Assembly (NCBI GenBank): GCA_963785725.1
Contig: CAWAWS010000039.1
Span: forward strand, 704,001 to 768,000
Length of the DNA stretch: 64,000 nt
From: an uncultured delta proteobacterium
GTDB lineage: Bacteria; Myxococcota_A; Polyangia; Palsa-1104
Direction of reading: 5' to 3'
Part shown: positions 27,545 through 37,821 of the stretch, piece after piece
How the letters are laid out: each line of letters begins with the position of its first letter
Numbering within the stretch: position 1 is the first letter of the stretch
Position numbers and translations under genes: made by a program
The notes under the pieces: generated by a model
Databases searched by the model: none
Told to the model about the DNA's origin: nothing
The model's input: the letters and a program-made list of their open reading frames with translations, nothing else

Positions 27545-28300
27545 ATGCAGCTCAGTGGCAATACGATCCTCATAACCGGCGGGACGAGCGGCATTGGACG
27601 GGCGCTCGCCGAGGCCTTTCATCAGCGCGGCAATCAGGTGATCATCGCCGGGCGGCGCCGCGCGCTGCTCGACGAGATCACGGCTGCGCACCCGGGGATG
27701 CACGGGCTGCAGGTCGACGTCGACGATCCGCGCGCGCTCGCGGTCTTCGCGGCGGAGCTTCGGCGGCAGTTTCCCACGCTGAACGTGCTCATCAACAATG
27801 CCGGGATCTCGCGACGCGAGGACCTTCGCAACGGTGAGCGTGACGTGGCCGCGGCGCTGGCGATGATCAACACCAATATCGTGAGCGTCTTGCAGTTGAC
27901 GGCGGCGCTGTTGCCGCTGCTCGAGCGGCAGCCGCGCGCGACCGTGATGGCGACGACGTCGGGCTTGGCGTTTCTACCGCTCGCCGATTATCCGACGTAC
28001 TGCGCGACCAAGGCGTTCCTGCATTCGTGGTTGCAGTCGCTGCGCTCGCAATTGCGCCAGACGTCGGTGGAGGTGCTCGAGCTCATTCCGCCTTATGTGC
28101 AGACCGAGCTGAGTGGGGCGAGCCAGGCGACGGATCCGAATGCCATGCCGCTGGCAGATTATGTCGCCGAAGTGATGCGGGCGCTGGCGGAGCCGCAGCC
28201 GGCGCGCGGGGAGATCCTCGTCGAGCGGGCGGCGGCGCTGCGCTGGGCGGAGCAGAACGGGCAGTACGATCGGCTGTTCAGCGCGCGCAACGAACGCTGA
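27545..28300 (+). CDS. Short-chain dehydrogenase (DltE-like)
   Basis: TGGTSGIG, NNAG and YCATK. Confidence 0.92.
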   Translation: MQLSGNTILITGGTSGIGRALAEAFHQRGNQVIIAGRRRALLDEITAAHPGMHGLQVDVDDPRALAVFAAELRRQFPTLNVLINNAGISRREDLRNGERDVAAALAMINTNIVSVLQLTAALLPLLERQPRATVMATTSGLAFLPLADYPTYCATKAFLHSWLQSLRSQLRQTSVEVLELIPPYVQTELSGASQATDPNAMPLADYVAEVMRALAEPQPARGEILVERAAALRWAEQNGQYDRLFSARNER

Positions 28301-28413
28301 TTTGAGCTTCGGTGGCGGCGTATCGGGCGTGGATTCGCCAGCTCGAGCGCGTGGCACAAAGCGTCCGGCCGACTCGATGCCCTCGATGCGCGGCTTCTAA
28401 TCGTCCACGACGC

Positions 28414-29433
28414 TCAATGCCGGAGCGCGCGCGGCAATACGTACTGCGCGACATAGGTACGCAGCTTGGCGCGGGTGTCGTCGTCGAGCTGCAGCGTCAC
28501 GTCGGGCATGATGCGCGAGGCGATCTCGTAAACGACGAAGAGATCGAGCTGGTGGTGAAAGGCCGAGTCGCTCAGTCGATCGAGCTGCGGCTCGGCCGCG
28601 ACCTTACCTTTTTGCGTCTGATAGGCGGCGATGAGGTTGGCGAGGCATTCGTAATCCTGATTGTTGGTCCAGCCGGAGCTCCTCGGCATCTCGCCCAGCC
28701 AATAGGCCTTACACATGGCGAAGGCGATCCAGTGCGGCGTTTTGTCCGCCTCGAGGCGAATGTGCTCGGCGTCGACGCGATAGACGGCGGCGTGCGGCGC
28801 GAACGGCTGATCGTAGGGGACGATGCCGAGCCGCGCCGCCTCGCCGTGCGCGATGCTCAGCGCCGTCGGATTGCGCGGCCGCAACGTCAGCGTGTCGATG
28901 AGCGCCTCGCGCGCCTCGTCGAAGCGCATGAGCTTGATGAGCGCGTCCGCGCGATAGAGGTGGCCGCGATAGTGGTTGGGCGCGGCGGCGACCGCTCGAT
29001 CGTAGGCCGCCAACGCCTCGGTCGGCTGCGCCGCGGCCAGGAAACAGTCGCCGATGTAGAGATCGAGGAACCAGGACGACGGCGAGAGGCGCTTGGATTC
29101 CTCGTATTTCTTGCGCGCGCCGTCCCAATCCTTGGCCTTGAACAGCCGTTCGGCGTCGGCGAGCGCCGGCTTGGCGGGCGCGGCCACCTCGCCGCAATCG
29201 ACGAGCTGGCGCTTGCCGGCGACGACGCGGACGTCGGGGCAGTCGCGCGCGTGCCCTTCGGGCCACAGCGCCGCCGCGCTCTTGAGCTCGCCTCCGGCCG
29301 GCAGCTCCGCCACTTTATAGGTGATCTTCGAGCGCTCCATCGCCGCTTGATAGTCGGCCAGCGTGTGACCGGGGCTCTCGGCCCAGGCGACGCTCGAGGT
29401 CAACAGAACGGCGATCGTCCACGGCGCATGCAT
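28414..29433 (-). CDS. Exported TPR-repeat protein
   Basis: Signal peptide and TPR helices. Confidence 0.7.
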   Translation of the reverse strand: MHAPWTIAVLLTSSVAWAESPGHTLADYQAAMERSKITYKVAELPAGGELKSAAALWPEGHARDCPDVRVVAGKRQLVDCGEVAAPAKPALADAERLFKAKDWDGARKKYEESKRLSPSSWFLDLYIGDCFLAAAQPTEALAAYDRAVAAAPNHYRGHLYRADALIKLMRFDEAREALIDTLTLRPRNPTALSIAHGEAARLGIVPYDQPFAPHAAVYRVDAEHIRLEADKTPHWIAFAMCKAYWLGEMPRSSGWTNNQDYECLANLIAAYQTQKGKVAAEPQLDRLSDSAFHHQLDLFVVYEIASRIMPDVTLQLDDDTRAKLRTYVAQYVLPRALRH

Positions 29434-29529
29434 GGGATGACTTTACCGCCGTTGGGTTAGAATTTTCGCCTCCGCTGTCGATTGGCGCGCGCCGCGTTCG
29501 TATAGAAGCCGAAAGAGAGGCGCTTCCCC

Positions 29530-29805
29530 ATGAAACTGTATCTATTGAGCGTGGTCGAGCCCGCTGGTCCGCTGCCGCCGCCAGAATTCCTGCAGAGCGT
29601 GATGCGCGACGTCGAAGTCTTCCGCGAAGCGCTGGACCTCGACGGCTACTACCTGTTCCACGCCATTCGCGCCGACCTGTTGCGACGGCTGGGGCGCGAT
29701 GTCGAGGCGGCGCGCGCGTACGAGGCGGCGCTGGCGCGCACCGACAACGCCGCCGAGCGCGACCTCTTGCGGCGTCGACGCGCGGCGCTCGATTCGCTAT
29801 CGTGA
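29530..29805 (+). pseudogene. In-frame chimera of a YCII/DGPF N-terminus and an ECF42-type sigma factor C-terminus (deletion scar)
   Basis: MKLYLLSVVEPAGPLPPPEFLQSVMRDV followed by LDLDGYYLFHAIRADLLRRLGR..EAARAYEAALARTDNAAER. Confidence 0.7.
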
Positions 29806-29809
29806 GCGC

Positions 29810-31441
29810 ATGATCCGCCTGCTCGTCGTCTTGCTCGCGCTCGTGCCGTCGCTGGCTGTGGCCGATCCGTCGTCGGTGCGGCTCGGCCGGATCGACTTCC
29901 CGGTCACCGGTCCCGAAGCGGCGCGCCAACACTTCGTTCGCGGCATGCTGGCCATGCACTCGTTCTGGTACGACGAGGCGCACGACGAGTTTCTGGCGGC
30001 GACCCGAGCCGCGCCCGCGTTCGCGATGGGCTATTGGGGCGACGCGCTCTCGTATTATCACCCGGTTTGGTCGCAGGAGAACCTCGTGGCGTCGCGCGCC
30101 ATCATGGCGCAGCTGCCGCCCAATGCGCCGCTGACCGAGCGCGAGCGCGACTTCATCGCGGCGGCGAAGATCCTGTTCGGCGAAGGCGATCGCGAGACGC
30201 GTTGGCGCGACTACGCCGCGGCGCTCGGCAAGCTGCACGCGAAGTTCCCCAAAGACGACGAAGCGGCCACGCTCTATTCGGTGGCGCTGCTCGGCACCGC
30301 CCGCCGAGACGGCAGCTTTCGCCCGTTCGCCGAGGCGGCGGCGCTGTCGCTCGACGTGCTCGCGCGCAATCCGAATCATCCCGGCGCCGCGCACTACGTC
30401 ATTCATGCGTTCGACAATCCCGAGCATGCGATTCTGGCGCTGCCGGCGGCGCGTCGCTACGCGCAGATCGCGCCCGAGGCGTTCCACGCGCTGCATATGC
30501 CGTCGCATATCTTCGTGCAGCTCGGCATGTGGGAGGACGCGCAGTCGTCCAATGAAGCGTCATGGGCGGCCTCGATCGCGGCGGCCACGAAGAGGCACCT
30601 CGATACCAGCTATTACGACTTCCACAGTCTCGAGTGGCTGATGTCGATTACGTTCGAGCGCGGTCAGCGGAGACATGCGGAAGAGGTGCTGCAGCGCGGG
30701 CGAGACGCGCTCGTGCGCTCACAGGATCCCGATCGCATGCCGCTCGTCGTCGGGCGGATGGCGGCGGAATATATGCTGACGACGGGCGATTGGACGCGCA
30801 TGGACGAGCTCTTGGCGCCACTGTCGACCGTCGAGGCCTCGGTCGCGCGCTCGACGACGCAGGCCAATATGCCCGGCCCCGCCTGTCACGTCGCGGTCTC
30901 GGCGCGGCGCGCGGCGGCGGAAGCGCAGGCGCTGCTGGCGTTCGCGCACGGCGAAGCGGCGGCGGCGCGGCAAGATGCCGCGCTCGTCGACAAGAGCCGG
31001 CAGGCGCTCGTCGCCGACGTGGCCAAGATGGACAAGGACGCGGCGGACGACTGGCAGGTCTACGCGGTCATCCTCGAGGCGCGCTCGGCCGAGCTGCACG
31101 CGCGGCCCAAAGACGCGGTCGCGGCGCTGCGTCGGGCGATCGCGCTCGAGGAGCGCTGGCCGGCTTCGGGCCCGGCCGGCGCGATCACGGCGCGCGAACG
31201 GCTGGGCGAGCTGTTCTTACGACAAGGCCGCGCCGCCGACGCGCTCGCGGAATTCGCGCGTTCGCTCGAGATACATCCGCGACGAAGCCGTTCGCTGCTC
31301 GGCGCCGCGCGCGCGGCGGCGCTCGTCAAGCGCGAGTCGGCGCGCGACTATTATCGGCAGCTGGCCGCCAATTGGTCGAACGCCGATCAGGATTATCCCG
31401 GGTTCCACGAAGCGTTCGACGGAGTTCCAGCGCTGGAATGA
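29810..31441 (+). CDS. Exported TPR-containing protein
   Basis: Signal peptide, LGRIDFP, HSFWY, HPGAAHYVIH and HALHMPSHIF. Confidence 0.8.
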   Translation: MIRLLVVLLALVPSLAVADPSSVRLGRIDFPVTGPEAARQHFVRGMLAMHSFWYDEAHDEFLAATRAAPAFAMGYWGDALSYYHPVWSQENLVASRAIMAQLPPNAPLTERERDFIAAAKILFGEGDRETRWRDYAAALGKLHAKFPKDDEAATLYSVALLGTARRDGSFRPFAEAAALSLDVLARNPNHPGAAHYVIHAFDNPEHAILALPAARRYAQIAPEAFHALHMPSHIFVQLGMWEDAQSSNEASWAASIAAATKRHLDTSYYDFHSLEWLMSITFERGQRRHAEEVLQRGRDALVRSQDPDRMPLVVGRMAAEYMLTTGDWTRMDELLAPLSTVEASVARSTTQANMPGPACHVAVSARRAAAEAQALLAFAHGEAAAARQDAALVDKSRQALVADVAKMDKDAADDWQVYAVILEARSAELHARPKDAVAALRRAIALEERWPASGPAGAITARERLGELFLRQGRAADALAEFARSLEIHPRRSRSLLGAARAAALVKRESARDYYRQLAANWSNADQDYPGFHEAFDGVPALE

Positions 31442-31542
31442 GTCGTTGGCGTTTACAGCGGACGCGCAAAATCTCCGCGTGAAAGCGCGCAATCGATATC
31501 GGCCGCGGACGATTCCGCTCCGATATCGATTGCGGTGGCGAT

Positions 31543-32568
31543 TTAGTCGGACTCGGTGAACTGGATGAACGGCGACGAGCCGCCGCCGGTCGAGCAGCTG
31601 CCGAGCTTGAGGTTATTGGTTTCGCCCGTGGTGCCGTCATTCGCGACGCAGCTGGGGGCGCTCGTCGAGCCGTCCGTCAACGCGATCTTCACGGTGATCG
31701 AGGCGCCCTTGTTGAAGACGGCCTCGGAGCCGCCGCCGTCGCCGATGATGTTGAACTCGGACGCATTCCACGCCGTCGCCAGGTTCGTGACGGTGTCCGG
31801 CTGGTTCGTGCTGAAGGCCTCGCCCTCTGCCGTGAACACGAGCGTGTCGTTGCCATTGGCTTTGGCCGATCCCGCCATCTTGAAGCCGGACAGATTGCCG
31901 ATGGCAATGGCCGGGACCGACACGGCGGCGCTGTTCTTGTAGCAGTCGTTCTCGCCGTCGGAGATGAAGGTGCGGTCGGGGCACTTGCCGATCCCGATCA
32001 GCCAATCCTGAATGAAGGCCGACTTCTCATTCGTGGAATAGACGAACTGCGACCACGACTGGCAGCCGGAGACGCCCTTGCACGCGGCCGTGCCGCTCAT
32101 GAAGTTCGAGTTGAGCTGGATCGAGTAAGAATTCTTTTCACCGTCGTTGGTCTCGCTCGTGACGCCGGTGACGGTCGGGAACGTGCCCGTCGATTGCGAG
32201 ATCAGTCCCGAGGCTTTGGCGGCGAAGTCGTTTCCATTGCCGACGGTGAAGGGAACATTGGCCTCGTTGCGCGACGGCGCGGGATGGCTGTGGAAGCGGA
32301 TCGGCGCCTCGCTGCAGCCGATCTTCTCCCACGTCATCGCCGGATAGGCGGCGTGAAAGCAGCCCTCTTCCGCGGCCGGTGCGCGCACGATGGCCTCGCG
32401 CCACACGGCGCGGGCCGACAGCTCTGCGTCGGCCGCCGGCTCGGCGGCCGCCGGCGAAGCCGAATCCAACGTGGACGATCCACATCCGACGCACGCCGCG
32501 CCAAACGCCATCGCGCAAATTGCATTGGGCAACCAGCTGGACCTGCGAAGGCCGAATTCGGTTTGCAT
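31543..32568 (-). CDS. Cys-containing, beta-rich secreted lipoprotein of unknown function
   Basis: Lipobox-like CVGC; YSIQLNSN, WSQFVYS and GTTGETNNL. Confidence 0.7.
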   Translation of the reverse strand: MQTEFGLRRSSWLPNAICAMAFGAACVGCGSSTLDSASPAAAEPAADAELSARAVWREAIVRAPAAEEGCFHAAYPAMTWEKIGCSEAPIRFHSHPAPSRNEANVPFTVGNGNDFAAKASGLISQSTGTFPTVTGVTSETNDGEKNSYSIQLNSNFMSGTAACKGVSGCQSWSQFVYSTNEKSAFIQDWLIGIGKCPDRTFISDGENDCYKNSAAVSVPAIAIGNLSGFKMAGSAKANGNDTLVFTAEGEAFSTNQPDTVTNLATAWNASEFNIIGDGGGSEAVFNKGASITVKIALTDGSTSAPSCVANDGTTGETNNLKLGSCSTGGGSSPFIQFTESD

Positions 32569-33226
32569 GGCTTACCATCCTCTCGATCGAGCGAGACCGT
32601 GCCCTCAAGACGCGTCGTCACCCGCAGCGAGCGGGCGCCGGGCGCAGCAGAGAAACGGCGAGGGCGCGCACCGTTCGCCGCGAGCGCAGAGCAACGCGCG
32701 CGCCATCCCGACGAGGCGCGGTGAGCGCCGGCTAGGTGGGCGGAATCGAGACAGATTTCGCGGAGTCGGCGATCGTAGTCAAACCCACGAAGAAATTCGG
32801 AGTCGTGGCATTCCGCGCCTCTAGCGGCGGGAAAAAATCGACGCGCATGTAGACAACGGTGAACGCGTTCCCTGCAGTGCGCGTCTCGCGATCGTGGTCC
32901 GACGGCGCGCGCCGCTGAGCGAGTCTCCGTCGCTGAGCGCGCGCATTCGTCGGCTGCACACGATCGTGTGAGGTCGCTGCTCCCACGCGCGCGTCGCGAT
33001 CGCGGCGATTTGGGACGCGCGCGTGGCCGAGTTGGGTCGCGATGCAACGTCGCGCCGCGGAGCGGTTGATCGCGATCACTGACGAGGCGGACGCGCAATA
33101 TTGAGCGGACGATCAAAACCTGTGAGCGGCTATACGAGTCGCTGCGCGATAGGCGGCAAAGGCGCAAGCGGTGTGGACGAGGCGAGCGCGTGCGCGGGCC
33201 GCGTTCCCAGCCGATGCGCGCCGCGT

Positions 33227-34738
33227 TCAGCGCGAGCAGCAGAGGATCGCGTGCAGCTGGCCACTGCCATAGTGGCTCACGCCGGCGATGTAGCGACCGG
33301 GGCCGCATTCTTCCTTGGTGTTGCCGTAATCCCAATCGCCGGTGGCGGCTTGGGCGCCGGGCTCGCGGTCGTCTCCGTTGTCGTTGACGAGCGTCGCGCA
33401 GCTCGATTGCGTCACGGCTCCCGGGCAGCACAAGAGATCGCGTACGCCGCCGTTCGTCGGGTCGGCGGAGACCCCGGCCACGAATTCGTTGGCCGCGCAC
33501 TGTCCCTTGTAGAATCCGACGTCCCAATCGCTGAGCACGCCGCTGTCGTTGTGCTCGAAGCTCACGTCGTGGCAGCCGGTCGTGCCGTCGTGCGCCAAGC
33601 CGGACCCGTCTTTGCTGCACAGTAAGCCGCGCACGTCGACTGTCGCGGGATTATCTGACAGTCCAATCGCCGTTTGATTGGCGCCGCACTCGCCTTTGTA
33701 CGCGCCCGGCGCCCAATCACCGGTGGTCGTCACGCGGCGCGCGTCGCCGGCGGCGAAGACGAGCGCGCCCGGATTGAGCGTCGCGCTGTTCTCGTTATAG
33801 ATGAGCGACGCGATCCCCGAATCGACGAAATCCATGGCCACGACGCCGTATCGACCCGCCGGGCTGCTCGTGAAGTAGCTCGACAGATCCGGATCGATCG
33901 TATCGGAGACGATCGGGATATTCGGGATGCTGAGGAAGCTCTCGTATCCGCTCGTGTAGTTTAGATAGAAGTTGGTCGAGCTTCCCGAATAGGCGCTATT
34001 GAAGAGCGTCGTAATCTGATTCCACTTGGTGCTGTCGCTGCTGACGACATAGTCGTCTTGAACATCGAGGATGCCGCTGACGAAGCTGGCGTTGTCGGCC
34101 CAATTCGTCGCGTCGATGCCTTTCGGTAAGCTGCTCGCGCCGAAGCGGCGGAGGAGTGTAATCTTGCCTCTGCCCGTGCGGATCGTGGGAACGCTCGAGT
34201 CCAGGTTCCATAAGCCCGGATTCTGCGCGACATAAGAGTCGAAGGTCTGCTCGAACGTCTGCGTATCTCCGGAGGCGTTGTACTCCTCCTTTACGCTCAT
34301 GACGATCGCTTCCGATGGATTGGCGGCCAAGAACGCGGTCACGGCATTGAGGACGTCATTGAAGTTGGCGTTCTGATAGACGCTGCCGTGATGCATCACG
34401 AACGCGTTATTGAGGTGGCGGCAGCGCATGTCCAGGTAACGAACACCGGCGGCGAGCTGGTCGGCGAGCGCCAAGTCTTGGCAGATCGCCGTGCCCCAAA
34501 CCGGCTCGTAGCGCGCCATCGAGTCGTGGGTGCCGGGGATCGAAAGCTGCGTGAGCGAGAGATCGGGGTCGAGCGCGGACATCCAATTGCTTCCGCTGAT
34601 GCCGCTCAGCTGCGCGGCGCTCTCGGACGCTTGATTGCCGGCCTGACTGACGCATCCCAAGGTCCCGCAGCCGACGCTCAGGAGAAATGCCGTACCAATC
34701 GTCAGCGACGCAGTGGCCGTTCGTCGTTCGTTTGTCAT
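33227..34738 (-). CDS. Phosphatidylinositol-specific phospholipase C with C-terminal Cys-rich repeats
   Basis: LSIPGTHDS, QLAAGVRYLDMR, HHG, PSEAIVMSVKEE and RGKITLLRRF; three DW...KxxC repeats. Confidence 0.88.
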   Translation of the reverse strand: MTNERRTATASLTIGTAFLLSVGCGTLGCVSQAGNQASESAAQLSGISGSNWMSALDPDLSLTQLSIPGTHDSMARYEPVWGTAICQDLALADQLAAGVRYLDMRCRHLNNAFVMHHGSVYQNANFNDVLNAVTAFLAANPSEAIVMSVKEEYNASGDTQTFEQTFDSYVAQNPGLWNLDSSVPTIRTGRGKITLLRRFGASSLPKGIDATNWADNASFVSGILDVQDDYVVSSDSTKWNQITTLFNSAYSGSSTNFYLNYTSGYESFLSIPNIPIVSDTIDPDLSSYFTSSPAGRYGVVAMDFVDSGIASLIYNENSATLNPGALVFAAGDARRVTTTGDWAPGAYKGECGANQTAIGLSDNPATVDVRGLLCSKDGSGLAHDGTTGCHDVSFEHNDSGVLSDWDVGFYKGQCAANEFVAGVSADPTNGGVRDLLCCPGAVTQSSCATLVNDNGDDREPGAQAATGDWDYGNTKEECGPGRYIAGVSHYGSGQLHAILCCSR

Positions 34739-34780
34739 TCGCTTCGAGCCCTTTTTACGTAGCGATACATTCAGGCGACG

Positions 34781-34801
34781 CGACTCCCACAATGGGAGTC
34801 G
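34781..34801. promoter_or_regulatory. Perfect inverted repeat upstream of the PI-PLC gene
   Basis: CGACTCCCA-CAA-TGGGAGTCG. Confidence 0.4.
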
Positions 34802-35178
34802 GAATCACGCATTGCTCGCGCGGTTACGCTGCCGCCGCGGCGAAGCCGAAAGTCGACTGCGCCGAATCGATTGCGCTGATGCTCCAGCCGCAAGAGGCGT
34901 TCGCGATAGTCTCGGCCTTCTATCGACAAATCATATGCACCATACGGTCATCTTCGTTGGGCCGCAATAGGCGCTGTATCCGCAAATGATCAGTGCGGCA
35001 GAAAGTCGCATCGGTATTCCTAAGTGCTGTCTCATTTGCGAGACGAGTGCTTCGGTTGGGAGGCATGTACTGATTGGTGTGTGAGCACGAAGGGCGCTGC
35101 TTCCGGTCGGGCGGTGTTTCGGAGCGTGGCGCGCGTGGTTTTGAGAAAGCGCGTCACGTCGGTAAGCTCCTTCGCAGC

Positions 35179-35661
35179 ATGAGCATTCGAAACGGAGGCC
35201 TCATGGCGCTCGGCGTCGGGGCGATCGCGGCCGGTCAATGGTTCGGCGAGGCGCTCGACGTCTCTTTGGTCAGCCTCGGCGAGGCGGGCGCCTTGATGCT
35301 GATGGTCGCACTGGCGCTCGCGATCGCCCGCCGAGGGGCGACGCGCGTCGTTGCCGCCGCCGTCGCCGCCCTGCTTTTCATCGGCGCCGACGCTTGGGGA
35401 AGGCGGGACAGTCAGGCCGCGTTCAATCAGTGCGTGGCGAAGGGAGAGGATGTTCGCCACGCATTGGCGCTCTATCGAACCGCGCACGGTCATTTCCCTG
35501 ATGCGCTGTCATCGCTGCGCGACATTCGCGTGGGGAGACGCATGTTGCGCAGCGATCTACTCGGGTATCGGCGCGTCGGTGATGGATACGAGCTCTCTTT
35601 CGGCGATCCTCGGGTGACCTTCACGGCCTCCGCAGCGCGACCATTTTCCGCTCACAAGTAA
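35179..35661 (+). CDS. Hypothetical membrane protein
   Basis: Three hydrophobic segments followed by Y...HGHFPDAL..L. Confidence 0.55.
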   Translation: MSIRNGGLMALGVGAIAAGQWFGEALDVSLVSLGEAGALMLMVALALAIARRGATRVVAAAVAALLFIGADAWGRRDSQAAFNQCVAKGEDVRHALALYRTAHGHFPDALSSLRDIRVGRRMLRSDLLGYRRVGDGYELSFGDPRVTFTASAARPFSAHK

Positions 35662-35817
35662 GGAATGAGCCGCGCGGCTGACGAGTCGGTGGTCAGCGTC
35701 GCGCTCAGTCGGGAGTCGCTCGCCTCGGCTGCGAGCTGGATGGACCTGTCATGCGCCGTCGATCGACGCAGCTTCTCGGGTACGACGACATTGAGCTCGA
35801 TCGCTGGGAGGTGACAG

Positions 35818-36834
35818 ATGGCGAAGATGAAAGTCGTGCAGGTCGTTCGACCGGGCGCTCCGTTGCAGTTGGTGGAGCGCGAGATTCCGACGCCGGGACG
35901 CAACGCGGTCCGCATCAAGGTGCAAGCGTGCGGCGTCTGCCATAGCGACTCGATCGTGTTCAGCGGCGGCCTCCCCGGCCTCGAATATCCGCGCGTGATG
36001 GGACACGAGGTCACCGGCGTCATCGACGCGCTGGGGCCGGGCGTGATGCGCTGGAAAGTGGGGCAGCGCGTCGGCGTCGGCTGGAACGGCGGCTACGACG
36101 GAACCTGCGATCACTGCCGGCGCGGCGACTTCTTCGCCTGCGCAGCGTCGCCGACGACCGGCGTCACCGTCGATGGCGGTTATGCCGAGTACATGATCGC
36201 CGCCGAGTCCGGGCTGGCCAGCGTGCCTGACGGGCTGACGCCGACGGAGGCCGCGCCGCTCATGTGCGCCGGCATCACCACTTACAACGCGCTGCGCGAC
36301 GCCGGTTTGCGCGGCGGAGACTTGGTCGCGATCTTGGGCCTCGGCGGCTTGGGCCACCTCGGCGTCCAGTTCTCGTCGAAGATGGGCTTTCGCACCGTCG
36401 CCATCGCCCGCGGCAGCGACAAGGCGGCGCTGGCGCGCGAGCTGGGCGCGGCGGTCTACATCGACAGCACCGCGGTCGATCCCGCCAAGGAGCTGGCCAA
36501 AATCGGCGGCGCGCGCGCGATCTTGGCGACCGTCACCAACAGCAAGGTCATGAGCGCGATGATCCCGGGCCTGTCGGTCAACGGCACGCTGCTCGTGCTC
36601 GGCGTATCGGCCGATCCGATCGAGGCCCTGCCGGTTCCGATGCTGATGGGCCGGCTGGCGATTCGCGGCTGGTACTGCGGCACCTCGATCGACTCGGAAG
36701 ATACGCTGGCCTTCAGCGTGGCCTCGGGTGTGCGCTCGATGAACGAAGTGTTTCCGCTGGAGCGCGCCCAGGAGGCGTTCGATCGGATGATGAGCGGGGC
36801 GGCGCGCTTTCGCGTCGTGTTGCAGATGCCTTGA
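35818..36834 (+). CDS. Zinc-dependent alcohol dehydrogenase
   Basis: CGVCHSD, GHE, C..C.....C and GLGGLG; GGAGG RBS. Confidence 0.93.
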   Translation: MAKMKVVQVVRPGAPLQLVEREIPTPGRNAVRIKVQACGVCHSDSIVFSGGLPGLEYPRVMGHEVTGVIDALGPGVMRWKVGQRVGVGWNGGYDGTCDHCRRGDFFACAASPTTGVTVDGGYAEYMIAAESGLASVPDGLTPTEAAPLMCAGITTYNALRDAGLRGGDLVAILGLGGLGHLGVQFSSKMGFRTVAIARGSDKAALARELGAAVYIDSTAVDPAKELAKIGGARAILATVTNSKVMSAMIPGLSVNGTLLVLGVSADPIEALPVPMLMGRLAIRGWYCGTSIDSEDTLAFSVASGVRSMNEVFPLERAQEAFDRMMSGAARFRVVLQMP

Positions 36835-36896
36835 GCGAATGCCCGAAAGCGCGCCTATGGCGCTATGACGACAATGCAGTCGGCTCTAAGCGAGAC

Positions 36897-37820
36897 TCAG
36901 CGCAAGAAGCGATAGCCGAGCGCCAGGCGCACGCCGACTTCGTGCCCGTGAGACGGCACCTGCGCCAGCACTGCGTCCTGCCGCACCCATTCTTTGAATT
37001 CGGGGCCGACCAGCGCGTAGATGGTGTGCTGTCCGTGCGTATACAGATCGACGGTCAGCTCGGCGTTGGCCGCCACCACCATGGCGCCGATCATCGTCGG
37101 GTTGGTCGCCACCCAGCCTGGGTCGGGCGTCGCCGCATACGGCAGCTGCGCGATGCCGAAGCCGAGGCCGGCGGCGAAGCCGAGGCGGATTCGCGGGCTC
37201 AGCTTGATGCCCAGGGCCGGGCCGAGCGAGGCGTCGACGACGAGCGGGCCGCCGCCGACCTCCATCGTGCCGCGGACCATGAGGCTCCAGCGTTCGAATT
37301 CGGCGCCGATCCCGACGGAGAGCGCGAACGCGCCGAAGTTGAAGCCCTCGAGGCTCAGATAGGTCGCGCCAGTATCAACGGTCAGTAAGAGCCGTCGCCG
37401 CGAGGGCGTGCGCGGCCGCGGCGCGGTCGACACGACCGACCATGGCGGCGCCGGCGACGCCTCCGGCCGCGGGTCGGCGACGGTGCAATCGGACGCGACC
37501 GGCGGCGCCAGCGTCATCGCCAGCGCCACCGCGACCATGCGCGCGCGTTCGCGGCAGTCGCGCGCCTCGTCGGGGAAACGCCGCCGCTCGCCGTTCAATT
37601 GCAGCGAAAAGCTGTCGCCATTGTCCTCGACGAGAATATCCAGGCAGCACGCCGACGGCGGGGCGATGGGTAAGAGCCGTCCCAGCTCCGCTTCGACGGC
37701 GCGCTGGCTGGGACAACCATCGGGAGGCTCGACGTGCAGCCCCGGCAGCTGCGCCTGGGCCGGCAATGCAAACACCGCCAATACGCTAACGATGACGATA
37801 AAGCTAAGCTCGAGTCTCAT
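36897..37820 (-). CDS. Hypothetical exported protein with C-terminal beta-barrel-like region
   Basis: Signal peptide, GCPS...C motif and alternating strands ending VRLALGYRF. Confidence 0.65.
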   Translation of the reverse strand: MRLELSFIVIVSVLAVFALPAQAQLPGLHVEPPDGCPSQRAVEAELGRLLPIAPPSACCLDILVEDNGDSFSLQLNGERRRFPDEARDCRERARMVAVALAMTLAPPVASDCTVADPRPEASPAPPWSVVSTAPRPRTPSRRRLLLTVDTGATYLSLEGFNFGAFALSVGIGAEFERWSLMVRGTMEVGGGPLVVDASLGPALGIKLSPRIRLGFAAGLGFGIAQLPYAATPDPGWVATNPTMIGAMVVAANAELTVDLYTHGQHTIYALVGPEFKEWVRQDAVLAQVPSHGHEVGVRLALGYRFLR

Positions 37821-37821
37821 A

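Noticed and set aside
32570..33226. About 650-bp intergenic region with small hairpins (e.g. CCACGA...TCGTGG) and a 115-aa ORF
   Set aside because: No recognisable RNA family or coding signal by eye; an Rfam/Infernal scan would be needed
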